A stretch of 63,389 bases of DNA, counting the filler, from Basidiobolus ranarum (Eukaryota): assembly GCA_040143965.1 (NCBI GenBank). It is 52 parts of 52 records of this genome, joined end to end, with 100 filler letters (N's around TTAATTAATTAA, not from the genome) between each part and the next. Parts side by side here need not be neighbours in the genome. Positions count along the whole stretch, not along the records: positions 12,264 to 13,388 come from JASJQH010013199.1; positions 13,489 to 14,613 come from JASJQH010013200.1; positions 14,714 to 15,837 come from JASJQH010013201.1; positions 15,938 to 17,061 come from JASJQH010013202.1; positions 17,162 to 18,285 come from JASJQH010013203.1; positions 18,386 to 19,509 come from JASJQH010013204.1; positions 19,610 to 20,732 come from JASJQH010013205.1; positions 20,833 to 21,955 come from JASJQH010013206.1; 44 more parts are not named here. One strand, written 5' to 3'. Below the pieces are notes generated by a model. That model did not search any database, was not told where the DNA came from, and was given only the letters and a program-made list of their open reading frames with translations. The first letter of the stretch is position 1; every line of letters begins with the position of its first letter. The position numbers and the translations under genes were made by a program. Positions 12,783 through 24,920 of this stretch are shown piece after piece.

Positions 12783-13388
12783 TTAACTTGTACGTGGCCT
12801 CTTAAACACAGTTGTTGTTTCATCATCATCATTATCATCATCTTTTTCTTCTTCTTCAATTAAACTAGGTTCATTGGAACGATTATGCGTAATGGCTGGC
12901 TCATCTGAGTGTGGATCACTACATCCAGATATTGATATATCTACTTGGCTAATCCTTTGTTTGTCAGACCTATTGCTCCCAATTTCTTCCTCATTGTGAG
13001 TCTGATCAGCAGAGGCATCATCACCAACAAGTGTTGTATTAAGCAATAAATTGCTAGTCTGCACGCCATTCAAAATATCTAATAACATGGTTCTTGTATC
13101 TGAATGAAATCTACTGTCTATATAGCCTTCTAGCTTGGTAATTCTTTGCCTAGCCTCAGTTAGGGATCCCTGTAGCTGCTGAATTTGTCTACACATGTCC
13201 AGAAGAATTTTGTGACGTACTCCCTCTCGATACTCAGTTAATGTTTCCTTGACATGCGCGTAGGCTTCAGCCAAACGATCATTTGTCACAGTTGTAATTG
13301 TACTATGTTCTGAAGTTAGCTGACTTTCTGGAATACTTTGCAAACGTGTTTGCCTATCACTTCTGCCTCTCCTACCACGGCCCCTTCC
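12783..13388 (-). CDS. 3' part of a hypothetical host protein (GR-rich stretch, coiled coil, acidic tail, KRPR end)
   Basis: Frame stays open to the contig end (GRGRGRRGRSDRQTRLQSIPES...), about 200 codons, CpG retained. Confidence 0.6.
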   Translation of the reverse strand, partial: GRGRGRRGRSDRQTRLQSIPESQLTSEHSTITTVTNDRLAEAYAHVKETLTEYREGVRHKILLDMCRQIQQLQGSLTEARQRITKLEGYIDSRFHSDTRTMLLDILNGVQTSNLLLNTTLVGDDASADQTHNEEEIGSNRSDKQRISQVDISISGCSDPHSDEPAITHNRSNEPSLIEEEEKDDDNDDDETTTVFKRPRTS

Positions 13389-13488
13389 NNNNNNNNNNNN
13401 NNNNNNNNNNNNNNNNNNNNNNNNNNNNNNNNTTAATTAATTAANNNNNNNNNNNNNNNNNNNNNNNNNNNNNNNNNNNNNNNNNNNN

Positions 13489-14613
13489 TTTGGTGTTCCT
13501 GAGAGCTTCATCAGTATTGGTAGCCATAATTAGATCATCTACATATAAGGCAGGTATCACCTTACTGTCCTTATCTGTCTTGAAGTAGATCCCAAAATCC
13601 ACCATATTCTTTTGGAAATCAAGTTATTCCAAGTATGTATGTATCTTAGTGTACCAGGCCCTGGGTGATTGTTTAAGGCCATGAAGTGATTTTTGTTGCT
13701 TACAAACTTCCTCAGGGTGCTCAGGATCCATAAAACCATCTGGTTGATCCATGAATATATCCTCTTCCTAGTCCCCATTCAAAAAAGCAGTTAAAACATC
13801 CATTTGATGGATTTTTAAGCTGTGTTTTGCTGCTAATGCTAGTATGGTTCTGATGGAATTAAACTTTGCTACAGGAGCAAATGTTTCATTGTAGTCCACT
13901 CCTTCCATTTGAGAGTATCCTTTAGCCACAAGTCTGGCTTTATATCTCTCTACAGATCCATCAGCTTGCTGTTTAACTTTAAACACCCATTTGCATCCAA
14001 TTGATTTTTAGTCATCAGGTAACTTAACCAAAGTCCAAGTTTGGTTATCTATAAGTGACTGATACTCCTCTGCTATTGTGGCACTCCAAAGTTTTGTGTT
14101 GTGACTCTCCATAGCCTACTGTACTGATATGGGTTCAGTAGAAAAGGCTAAATTTGCACTAGGCTCCTTTTGGCTAGTGTGAGAGTAGTAATCAGGTGGA
14201 GATCTCATCAAATTAGATCTCCTAAGATGAGAAATTGGCACTACAACTTCTGGTAACAGTTTAGGCAATGAAACCACCTCAGGCTTGGTTGAGGTGACTG
14301 CAGGTGAACAGTTTTCAATGTTTTTCTCTCTGATCAAGATCTGGTGAGAGAAAGAGGAATTTTCATCAATTTTTGGTTGTTTTTCTTGATCCTGGATTGT
14401 TTTGATTGAAAACTTTTCTTCTTCAGCAAATTTCATGTTCCTTGACTTGATTAGCCTCTTATTTTTAGTGTCATACAGTCTGTGCCCTTTGTTCCATCAC
14501 AAGATCCCAAAAAAGGACATTTCTGGCTTTTTCAGTCTAATTTTGAACTCATCTGGTCTTTAATCATTGCATATGCAGTACTTCCAAAAGCTCTGAGATT
14601 AGCTACATCAGGT
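13489..14613 (-). mobile_element. Ty1/copia integrase C-terminus to RT
   Basis: [41 protein letters not shown]. Confidence 0.97.
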
Positions 14614-15938
14614 NNNNNNNNNNNNNNNNNNNNNNNNNNNNNNNNNNNNNNNNNNNNTTAATTAATTAANNNNNNNNNNNNNNNNNNNNNNNNNNNNNNN
14701 NNNNNNNNNNNNNTATCTCTCATTCTTTAATATCAGGATAAAATTTTGGATATTCACCAAGTTCAAACATTGTTATCAATTACTTGCCTTTTGTTGTGAC
14801 AATTGTTACATTTGCTATCTGATTGTTATAACATATCAGACTTCTTTTATGTAGGCTTTGTGGTTGTGAATGTTGTCCATGAGGCTCCAAGTATCTCGAC
14901 AAGTACAAACTATGTGACAACCAAAAAATTGGGAATATTTTTAGTCTCTTTAATTCATTGAGTGGGCATATATCTCGACAGCAATAAAAGTGTACCAGAA
15001 CCCGAGAGAATAATGACTATCACCAATGTTTTTTTGTATTTACTATAAAGTTGTATTATCGGACCAAAGAAGATGACAATTTCGGAGACAATCAACTGCC
15101 TCAAACAACCCAATAAGTTGCATACATATAGTGCATAAGCAAACCTCAACCTTCACCAAATTTCATGTTCACACCTTTCCTATACGCCCCGCAATCACCA
15201 AAACAGTCAAAGAAATAAACATATCTTCAGAACTGCTGGACAAATCATTGCTAAACTTGAGGGAAATACTTTCCTACTATTATTCTATCTTAAGTATATA
15301 TTTCGAAACGAACTGACAGTGCAGACAAAAGGTATAGGACATCGGAAACGGGTCGTCATTGTTATATATATATTTCGAAATTATCACACTCCCAAATCCG
15401 GCAGGAATGCTACTCAATTTCCCCCTGATCAACCCTATGAAAATAGCTCAATCGAAATAAAGTTAATCAGTCAATTTTTCAGTGAACCAAGTCCCGAAAT
15501 TGTAATCACCACAGGAAACAGGCTCAATACATCAACCAGGGCTCAATGGTCTAATCGTATGATTCCTCATTCAGGTTGCGGAGGTCCCGAGTTCAATTGC
15601 CGGTTGAGCCCTTTGTTTTACTCACCGTATCTCATTTTTAACAGTGTAGCATTTAGAACAATAATCAATATCGGTAACAAAGCAGAGAATGTTCGAAGAA
15701 GTATGACAGAAATTCCCGGACATGGCAAGTTATTAAAGAAGTAAACACTTTATTCTCTGATCGGGTATTATTTAAACGTAAGAATGTATGACGCTTCATG
15801 ATAATTTGGTGATATTTTCATCAATACATTCCAAAGTNNNNNNNNNNNNNNNNNNNNNNNNNNNNNNNNNNNNNNNNNNNNTTAATTAATTAANNNNNNN
15901 NNNNNNNNNNNNNNNNNNNNNNNNNNNNNNNNNNNNNC

Positions 15939-16058
15939 TGTGGTATTGGCCTTGTCGCCAACGCTGTGTTCTGCTTCTTGGCCACCAAGTATACCTATAA
16001 AGAGGACAGAGATGCTGCGTTACAGGCAGCTGAAGCTGAAAAGAAAGGACAACACTAA
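15939..16058 (+). CDS. 3' end of a membrane transporter, POT/PTR2-like
   Basis: CGIGLVANAVFCFLATKYTYKEDRDAALQAAEAEKKGQH*: last TM helix followed by KYTYK, as in POT/NPF C-termini. Confidence 0.5.
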   Translation, partial: CGIGLVANAVFCFLATKYTYKEDRDAALQAAEAEKKGQH

Positions 16059-16877
16059 GCACTTGTGTACATTTTAGTTATCAACTTTTTTCTATCGCAT
16101 ATTAACACATTTCAACTATATTATATTTTCATCCTACTCATATTAAAGATTTTTCTTATAACACACTCGTGTTGACCTTGAAATGATCTATTACCTATTA
16201 AATGAACGACAACGGTTTTCACTATTCTAAATATAACTATTGTCACATAACTCCATAACGGTATTCTCTCATGCACACTATTTCATTCTGTCTTAGTATT
16301 AGTAATGGACTTGGAGTGCACTCTTTTATTTACAGTGTTCATGTGAAGTTCAATGGTGTAGATTTAGGAATATTGGGTTTGGTAGTGTTATAATTGACTC
16401 ATCCAATCGTTCGATTATTATGTATATATTGGTACCCTGACCGAGATCACGGAGTTTACCTATAGCTTTGTTCTAGAATATATGCCATTTACCATCGGTA
16501 AAATTAACTTAATCTTTCAAACCCAAATTTAGTTAATTTCCGGATCCCACGTGATTGGAATTTTGTACAACTGCGATTAGATGGCTCACTTGACTTCATA
16601 GACTACCACGAATTCCCCTAAATGAATTCCGTAGATAGATTTCCATGCAATGATTGGTAAATACCTAATCCTGATCCTCATTTTTCACGATGTCATCTCA
16701 AAATAGAGTTTGGTTCAACATTGTACGAAGAATAAGTGATAACTGAGGAGCTGGATGACTTGAGTTCGAGTTAGTGAACGTGATCTTCTATTCTCAATAA
16801 TGCTTAATTTGATTTACTCAACTCTTATCACGATCGCCAGTAGTTTGGAACAGTATTAACTATCCGATGTAAGGAGA

Positions 16878-16885
16878 TATATAAA
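16878..16885 (+). promoter_or_regulatory. Candidate TATA box (TATATAAA)
   Basis: 52 nt upstream of ATG 16930. Confidence 0.45.
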
Positions 16886-16929
16886 GGGTGCTTCATCCAA
16901 CTCGAAGTAGACAACATCTCCTCTATATC

Positions 16930-17061
16930 ATGGCCACCGAAAAGGATATTCACGAACTCCAACAGATGGAAATCGGTGCTGCCGATGAGGATCAGCTCAC
17001 TGAACGCGAAAAGGAACTCCTACGTTTGGAACGTGAACTCAATGCTAAACTTGACCAGAAA
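16930..17061 (+). CDS. 5' end of a host gene (MATEKDIHELQQMEIGAADEDQLTEREKELLRLERELNAKLDQK)
   Basis: Good start context (ATC ATG GCC), TATA upstream, open to contig end. Confidence 0.65.
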
Positions 17062-17399
17062 NNNNNNNNNNNNNNNNNNNNNNNNNNNNNNNNNNNNNNN
17101 NNNNNTTAATTAATTAANNNNNNNNNNNNNNNNNNNNNNNNNNNNNNNNNNNNNNNNNNNNCAACCCCTTTGCTTCTATCAGATACACAAACCTATTAAC
17201 TGTGCTACCCCAATGTGTATCAGCTGATTGTAGTGCCACACCTTTATATTGTGCTAGAATCTTACTACCAAATAACCATATACATATAACAAGAGCTATC
17301 CAGGATTCAAGTTTAGAGGGGGCACACTATCTTCACAGGAGAGATATGAAATAGGCAATAGCTCAGTCTAGTTACTACCAAAGCTTGATAAGTGTATAA

Positions 17400-17545
17400 A
17401 TCAACCATCTGGGGAAACTAAAGAAGCTAGAAGCTCTCTTAGTATACAATTTAGTCTTACCAGTTTGACACAAGATATGAAGCATAGACTCCACTTATTT
17501 GAAATGACTAGAAGCTGCAACCATAGAATGCTAAGAGTTCCAACA
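17400..17545 (+). mobile_element. Possible highly decayed non-LTR (LINE-like) RT C-terminal relic
   Basis: Frameshifted LLVYNLVLPV...DSTYLK*LEAA..RMLRV resembles the post-RT region of LINEs; CpG-depleted contig. Confidence 0.25.
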
Positions 17546-18385
17546 TATAAATAAGCATATCATATAATGTCAGGCTAATTCCAGAATAAGCCTAAGCCAT
17601 AAATACATTCACCAAGAAGTGAGAAAAATGGGAGGGCCAACCCATTGCTTCTAAAGTAATGTGAATTAACCATACATTGGATGCAAATACATGAGAAACA
17701 TGCAAAAGTCCAGATGCAGGGTTTCAAAAATCTAAGACTGATGATTGATTTAAGGCTATATATGATTGAGAAGGGGTTTGGTTTTGAGAAGTTCCAGCAA
17801 TTGAAATCTGTATATGTTCTAAACATGTTATACTCAAAATACCAAAAAATGGCTTGAAGTAGAGTCTCAAGAAACAGGAGATATGCGATTTGCTACATGT
17901 TAAGCTTATATAACTCTTTCAGAACTAACATTTAACAACAGTTATCATGCTACAATCTATCAACAAAAACTGCAGTGATAAGAAATGAGAGATACAAAAT
18001 AAACAAGGATCAAGTTTTATCATATAATGTGACATTCTAATTCTCCTGAGCTGCAATATATTGTTCATAAATAGGTCGCATTTTGTCAAGGGACAATGAA
18101 GAAAAAAGAAAGGTAAAGTAATACTAACCGGTGGCAACTATGTAATTTCTTTAGGACTGAGTGCTGCACAGGGTGTTCAAATCAATGATATGAGCATAGT
18201 CTGTGTAGTGCCCTGACTAATATTAACAGGAAAGGGAAATTGCACAATGAATGAAAAGTATAAGAGGAATTAGAAACAAAGTACANNNNNNNNNNNNNNN
18301 NNNNNNNNNNNNNNNNNNNNNNNNNNNNNTTAATTAATTAANNNNNNNNNNNNNNNNNNNNNNNNNNNNNNNNNNNNNNNNNNNN

Positions 18386-19159
18386 AATTAACACAATTGT
18401 GGACTTGGAAAAGACAGAAAAGCAGCTAAAGAAGTACTAAAGGAGCAGGAAGTTAGTAAACCCAAGGAAAAACAAAGGAGCCTATGAGTTTAGGCTCTAC
18501 TGTCCCACTTACCAAATTCTTCACATCATTACAAAGATCTTCATTTCCAGATCCAGATATACTGGAAAAAAAGCTTAATTTCAACATCAAATCAAGTACA
18601 CCAGTCGGAAGAGTGTTAAATTTGGAAGTTCATCCAACACCTGGCACCTCTCAAAAAGCCAAAACACCAGCAAATAAAACTTATGCTCTCCAACCTCAAC
18701 TGATACTTTTCAAAGTGTTGAAATTAGCTTCAAACTTAGAGGCATGCAAAAAGCCACACACACACTATAAAGCACTTTCAGTAGTGTGGCACTACAAGGA
18801 TGTACAAAAATAGTCAAAGTGCGTGAGGAGCATTTTCAAAAGCATAAGGGAAAAACACAGTGCAAGTATGCAGAAAGTGGCTTCAGAAGAAGTACATTCA
18901 ACTTGACATTCAGTCTGGTGTTGACCCTGCAGATATCTGGGAAGAACTTAATACAGAGTGGCATAACAATGCAGGGCATCCACCAGATAGCTGGAAGAAT
19001 GTTGATTCTTATTTTGAAATTTCACTCCTGAAACTGAAATAATTGATCACTATCTAATCAAACTTGACAATTTTATGATGGTCAGTAAATGGTCAATCCC
19101 AAATGAATTAAAATTGTGACAGCTTTCATACAATAACAATCCTCAAATTTCTGTTAGGG
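18386..19159 (+). mobile_element. CMC ORF2 3' part (internally deleted) and left terminus
   Basis: Homologous to 11039..11876 and 40369..41310; ends CTGTTAGGG at 19159. Confidence 0.85.
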
Positions 19160-19509
19160 AGCCCAATCCATGGACACAGAGTAAGTACCTCTATAATTTG
19201 GACTAATTTCATTGTGTAATAATCTGACAGTATTTCTAGGAAAGCTGCTAGACAGAAATTTTGGTGAGATAGATTGAGATATGTAATATTATTGTTTCAC
19301 ACATGAGGTAATCAATTCAAACAATGTCATATCTACTTGTGGCAGAACATTTGTTGACTGCAAGCTGGGAATATATTGGCTGAACTTGTTATGGAAATTT
19401 GTCAAAATCCAAGAGCTTATTCTCATTGTGAATGGTAACCAGAGTCAGCTATTTGCCAAGTGTTAGTACTATTCAAAATTTCAGACGTTAAGCAATTTCT
19501 CCACCATTA
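19160..19509 (+). mobile_element. CMC transposase 3' fragment (insertion target)
   Basis: AGCCCAATCCATGGACACAGAG also at 9447 and 24929. Confidence 0.88.
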
Positions 19510-19609
19510 NNNNNNNNNNNNNNNNNNNNNNNNNNNNNNNNNNNNNNNNNNNNTTAATTAATTAANNNNNNNNNNNNNNNNNNNNNNNNNNNNNNNNNNN
19601 NNNNNNNNN

Positions 19610-20732
19610 GAATTCCTTGGATATAATATCAGCCCATCAGGCATCTCCATGGACCCTAAGAAGGTTGAATCTGTTATGTCTTGGGATATTCCCAAGAATG
19701 TGAAGGATGTCCAATCTTTCCTTGGATTTGCAAACTTTCACTGATGGTGTGTCAAGAACTATTCCAAAAAATCTGCTCCATTAACAAACCTTACAAAGAA
19801 AGAACTCTCATTTGACTGGAACCTATCTTGCCAACAAGCATTTGTAACTTTATAGAGTGCTTTTTGTTAAAGTATTTGGGAGTCTGTTGGAAGTGGTTTA
19901 GAGAATTAGAGGAATGGGTGGTTTTCACTTATTGATTTATTGAGTAGAAAGTTGACATTTTTAGTTTTGTTAATATGTAAACAAACTAATATGTAGAATG
20001 TGTTAAGGGAGGTCCCAGGAACATGTGTGCAAAGTTTGGGGCTTCTAGCACAAGTTTGAAAAATCTATATATCTGAGAACTTCTAAGTTGGTAAAAATAT
20101 TCTAAGTAACATCCAATTTAGAATAATTGATAATATCTTAGTGAATTATAAGATAACTAAGTACCAAGGTATATATGACTATATAGGTGTTCAGTTAATG
20201 CTAATTTCAACACTTTATCTCAGCATCAATCCTGGCACATCCCAAGCTAGACAAGCCATTTATTGTTGAAACTGATGCATCTGACTTTGCTCTAGGAGCA
20301 GTGCTATCACAGTTTGATGATGACAACTTACTGCACCCTGTTGCCTTTTACTCAAGAAAGTTCTCTGCCGCAGAATTCAACTATGACATCTATGACAAGG
20401 AACTATTAGCAATTATTGCTACATTTGAACAATGGTGACAATACTTGGATGGAGCAAATCATAAAATCACAGTTTATTGTGATCACAAGAATCTTCAATA
20501 TTTTAGTACAACCAAATTTTTCAACCATTGTCAAGCAAGATGATTGTTATTCCTTGCCAGTTTTGATTTTGTGATTATATATCAACCAGGTAGCCAGCAA
20601 GGAAAACCTGAAGCCTTATCACATGGAGCAGAATATCAGCATAAAGAAGGGATGAGGCCTTTGGCCAACACAATACTTGCTTACTGAAGCCCCACCAACC
20701 TCAAATTACTACAACTACCCTTTCTCTGCCTA
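19610..20732 (+). mobile_element. Ty3/gypsy RT C-terminus and RNase H, interrupted by a copia solo LTR
   Basis: VQSFLGFANF, ETDASDFALGAVLSQ, NYDIYDKELLAI; near-identical to 51828..52450. Confidence 0.95.
19865..20212 (-). repeat. Copia family A solo LTR (348 bp)
   Basis: TG...CA, reverse complement of 59059..59406, flanked by CTTTT and CTTT(A); empty site visible near 52078. Confidence 0.92.
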
Positions 20733-21082
20733 NNNNNNNNNNNNNNNNNNNNNNNNNNNNNNNNNNNNNNNNNNNNTTAATTAATTAANNNNNNNNNNNN
20801 NNNNNNNNNNNNNNNNNNNNNNNNNNNNNNNNTTTTAGAAGCTACTCATTGTGAATATCATTCTTGTACATACTAAAACAAGTAAACAAAGAACTTGGTT
20901 GATGTTGTGCATAATCAAAATTTTGGATGTATTTATAAGGAAATAAGAAGTAAATAAAGAGCTAGGTAAAGGTTGGAAATAACTGAATATCTATACATAT
21001 CTAGTAATATTGAAGTATTAACAAAAATCTTGCTCATTGTATCAAATAATATATCTTTTACAAATATTCATACAGTAGTTGC

Positions 21083-21402
21083 TGTTAAAGAATTTGGGAG
21101 CCTGTTGGAAGTGGTTTGGAGAATTAGAGAAATTGGTGATTTTCACTTATTGATTGATTGAGTATTCAGTTGACGTTTATACTTTTGTCAAGATGTAAAC
21201 AAACTAGTCCATAAAATGAGTTAAAGAAAGTTTCAGAAACATATGTGCAAAGTATGGGGCTTCTTTAAAAAATCTATATATCTTCAAACTTCTGAGTAAA
21301 TTCCGATATCGAATAATGGGTAATATCTGAGTTCAATATAAGATAACTAAATACTAAGCTATATATGACTATATAGGTGTTTAGGCAATGCGTATTTCAA
21401 CA
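21083..21402 (-). repeat. Copia family A LTR (320 bp)
   Basis: TG...CA, homologous to 19865..20212; no TSD. Confidence 0.88.
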
Positions 21403-21410
21403 GTAAGAGG

Positions 21411-21790
21411 TGTTGAAGTATTTTGGGAGTTGCTGGAAGTGATTTGGAGAACTGAAAGAATTGGTAGTCTTCACTTGATAATTTATTGAGCACAAGTTGC
21501 CATTTATACTTTTGTCAGGAACTAGATATACTAACATGTAGAATATGTTCAGGAAAGTCCCAGCAAAATGCGTACAGTGTTTGGGGCCTCTTGGGTAAAA
21601 ATATTCTGAATAAGTTCTATGTGAAAATATTGAATAATTGTTGAAGTATTTGGAAGTTTGTTGGAGGTGGTTTGGGGAACTAGAAGAGTTGGCGGCTTTA
21701 ACTTGTTAACTCATTGAGTATTCAGTTGACATTTATAGTTTTGTCATGAGGTAAACAAACTAATGTGTTGAATGTATTAATAGAAATCCT
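21411..21790 (-). repeat. Two further truncated, more diverged family A LTR copies in the same orientation
   Basis: TGTTGAAGTATTT.GG starts at 21411 and 21639. Confidence 0.75.
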
Positions 21791-22055
21791 TGTGTAACCA
21801 TAATTTTGTACACAACAATGATGTACAACATAAATCTCATCATAACAACATAAATCTCTTCCATACCAACCGAAAATTATACCACGTTGGTTCCATATAC
21901 TCTCTCTGTTTCACCAAAGTTTATCCCACTAAACAAAGTAAGCTTTTTTGAATTGNNNNNNNNNNNNNNNNNNNNNNNNNNNNNNNNNNNNNNNNNNNNT
22001 TAATTAATTAANNNNNNNNNNNNNNNNNNNNNNNNNNNNNNNNNNNNNNNNNNNN

Positions 22056-22384
22056 TTGGGTATGAAGAACTCTATAAAAATATTCAGGAGAATATATCAA
22101 AGAGACTAGGGATTTCGAAGGTGACAAATTAGCGTTCAAGTGATAAATGTGTAAAATTTGAGTTACGTTTTTTGCACATGTGTTGATCCATAGTTCTCTG
22201 AGATTTTAGCCAATCATTTGCAACTATTTTGTGAGATCTTGAAATTTCACTCCTGAAACTGAAAAAATTGATTAAAATCAAATCTAACTTGACGATTTTA
22301 TGACGGTAAGTAAATGGTCAACCCCAAATGGATTAAAATTGTGACGGTTTTCCTACAATAACAATCCTCAAATTTCTGTTAGGG
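22056..22384 (+). mobile_element. CMC ORF2 end and left terminus, CpG-retaining copy
   Basis: Ends CTGTTAGGG at 22384; retains TGACGG motifs. Confidence 0.88.
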
Positions 22385-22389
22385 TATGC

Positions 22390-22481
22390 AAATAATGGAT
22401 AATATCTTAGTGAAATATAAGATAACCAAGTACTAAGCTATATATGACTATATAGGTGTTTAGGCAATGCTAACTTCAACA
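22390..22481 (-). repeat. Copia family A LTR 5' portion
   Basis: Ends GCTAACTTCAACA, matching the LTR A terminus; another LTR A piece lies at 22846..22992. Confidence 0.8.
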
Positions 22482-23278
22482 CACACAGCTGCATGGCATT
22501 CACCAGCTATATAGAACCTATGACTTAGTGCAGCAGCTGCCATAGGATTTCCTTTCTACATTACATTCAGCATATATACCAATGTTACCTCATTAAAAGA
22601 CCATGCTGAAATCACTCACATACTGATTGATGATACTTTACTGAGATCAATATCAAGAAGTTGAGGAAGTTTCTTCTAAATTAGATGGGAATCAATAGAT
22701 AAAACTCTAAAGTAAGGGTTTTTTCAAAGAATGTTTTGTTCAAGCATTTTCCTTGGCACATCATGGTTTTGCTCTCAGTATGTATATAATGGGCAAGACC
22801 TGTTGGCAAGTATTTCTTCTCAATTTGAATCTTCTCCCAACTAAGTATTAAAGTATTTGGGAGCCTGTTGGAAGTGGTTTGGAAAATTAGAGAAATTGGT
22901 GGTTTTCACTTGTTGATTTATTGAGTAGAAAGTTGACGTTTATGGACTTATTAAGATTTAAACAAACTAACATGTAGAATGTGTTAAGGAAGCTGAGACC
23001 CTCCATACTCAGAATCCAAACCAGGTTCCTTGATTTGTTGCTAGTATTCAAATGGGAGTTTCTCCTTTTGAAAGTAATTAAGCTTTTGAAATAATACAAA
23101 ATAGCCTTAATAGGGCTGTACTTGCAAAATATAGAGAAAGATATTTTTGTGGTCTTTAAGTGCTTTCCAGTTCTATATNNNNNNNNNNNNNNNNNNNNNN
23201 NNNNNNNNNNNNNNNNNNNNNNTTAATTAATTAANNNNNNNNNNNNNNNNNNNNNNNNNNNNNNNNNNNNNNNNNNNN

Positions 23279-24400
23279 AGCGCTTTTTGAATGGCATTGA
23301 AGTTTTCAGATGGTAAACTTGGTGTAATGAAATTGCTTAGAAAGAGCTTATAATTAACCAAAATTGTCATCCATTACTGGAAATATCTTGTAAATTCCTT
23401 GATGACTCATCTGTGACACCATCTCATAATCAGCTGATGATATTGATGGGCTATACCTAAAATACCGCCCTAATGTGGGAGGTGTTCTTTTTTCTACAAA
23501 ATCCTTCTCATGCCGCAACACAAATGTTTAAAGAAGCCCTGCTATTATTGTTGCAAATTCTTGTGCTATGAAAGCTGGAGGCTTCATAGAAAAAATAATC
23601 ACAAGCACAGTCACTGTACAAAGCCACCAGCTGCACAAAGCCTGGTGTATAACAACAGTAATAAGTGCACTAAATTGACTTTAGTTTTGCCTATTGAGTC
23701 CACTGACTGTAGTTTGCCTCAAAGTTTTGGTAACACTGCCAAAAGTCAAGATACTGTGGAGTTACCACAGTTATATGACCAGAATGATGTAGGTCAAAAT
23801 GCAACTTTGGTTGAACCAGTAAGTCCAGACAACTTTGAGGACTTGCTGCTAGATGTTGACCTTGGTTATTCCAGTATGGATGGTAGTATATCAGAAGTTG
23901 AAGAAGAAGATGATGGTTTTGTTATGGACTCTTTGTTATCAGCAAACATTAGTCCACTCATAACACTTACAGTAAAGGAAGCAGCTTTGATTATTGAGGA
24001 GTGGAGAGTTCAATCCAATCTTAGCAACCAGGTGTTTATTGGTTTTGTAACACTTTTGCCACAGTTGATTGGCAACTGTTGCTTGCCACAGACCTGGTAC
24101 AAGTGGAAAACACTTGGCAATCATATGACTTATAATCCTTCAGTAATTAAACTGCCTTCATGTCCAAATGGTTGTTGGGCTTTCACCGGTGATCTGAAAA
24201 ACCTAAAGTCATCTACTATTTGCACACAATTGGCAATCACTGAATCAGGTAAGTATTGCTCATATTTGGCTTACATAGCAATGATTCCCCATCTTAAAGT
24301 TTTGATGAAATCACCCAAATTTAGATCATTGATCCAATATCAATGTACTCACCATAAAGCTGATGGTATTACCAATATACTTGATGGATATCACTACCAG
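23279..24400 (+). mobile_element. CMC element: ORF2 start (minus strand), divergent spacer and transposase 5' part (ATG 23510)
   Basis: Open 297 codons: Cys/His-rich N-terminus, acidic linker, CPNGC motif and YI..IPHLK of Transposase_21-associated proteins. Confidence 0.9.
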
Positions 24401-24500
24401 NNNNNNNNNNNNNNNNNNNNNNNNNNNNNNNNNNNNNNNNNNNNTTAATTAATTAANNNNNNNNNNNNNNNNNNNNNNNNNNNNNNNNNNNNNNNNNNNN

Positions 24501-24699
24501 CTATATAACAAGTTTTTTTATTACCCCCACTTATCTATTATATCTTATTACACAAACTCCTGAATATCTCAAACAATTGATTTACTTTTCTACTATATAA
24601 GTCACCATATGCTCTTAAGAATAAACTAACTAAAACACACTATGATAAGTTGCTTCTAATACTCAAAGTCTACACCCATTGTGTCAAGATCCTCCAACA
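24501..24699 (+). repeat. Copia family B LTR 3' part, inserted in the CMC right subterminal region
   Basis: Matches 42809..43125; ends CCTCCAACA. Confidence 0.88.
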
Positions 24700-24809
24700 A
24701 AAATCCCTGGCAGAATGCAAGCCAACAATATTGTGATGGTTCTCTGATGGTTTTGCTATTTTGGAGAGTGGATCCAATCTGGATCAAATGGATTTTATTT
24801 TTGTTAGGG
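24700..24809 (+). mobile_element. CMC right terminus ending ATTTTTGTTAGGG
   Basis: Matches 56847..56957 and the reverse complement at 45999. Confidence 0.88.
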
Positions 24810-24896
24810 CATTCATTAGTTAAGAAACTACAAAAGTAGTTATGGCCTCTTTGTTTTGTTTGAAATAAAGATTTCACCTGTTGGTGACTATGTCCC

Positions 24897-24920
24897 CCCT
24901 AAGCCTAACCCTAACCCTAA
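24897..24920 (+). repeat. Short telomere-like tract CCCTAA GCCTAA CCCTAA CCCTAA
   Basis: Read directly; abuts a CMC transposase fragment. Confidence 0.6.

Noticed and set aside
15131-15744. Two consecutive ORFs in a host-like contig
   Set aside because: No recognisable motif or convincing start; cannot be supported as genes
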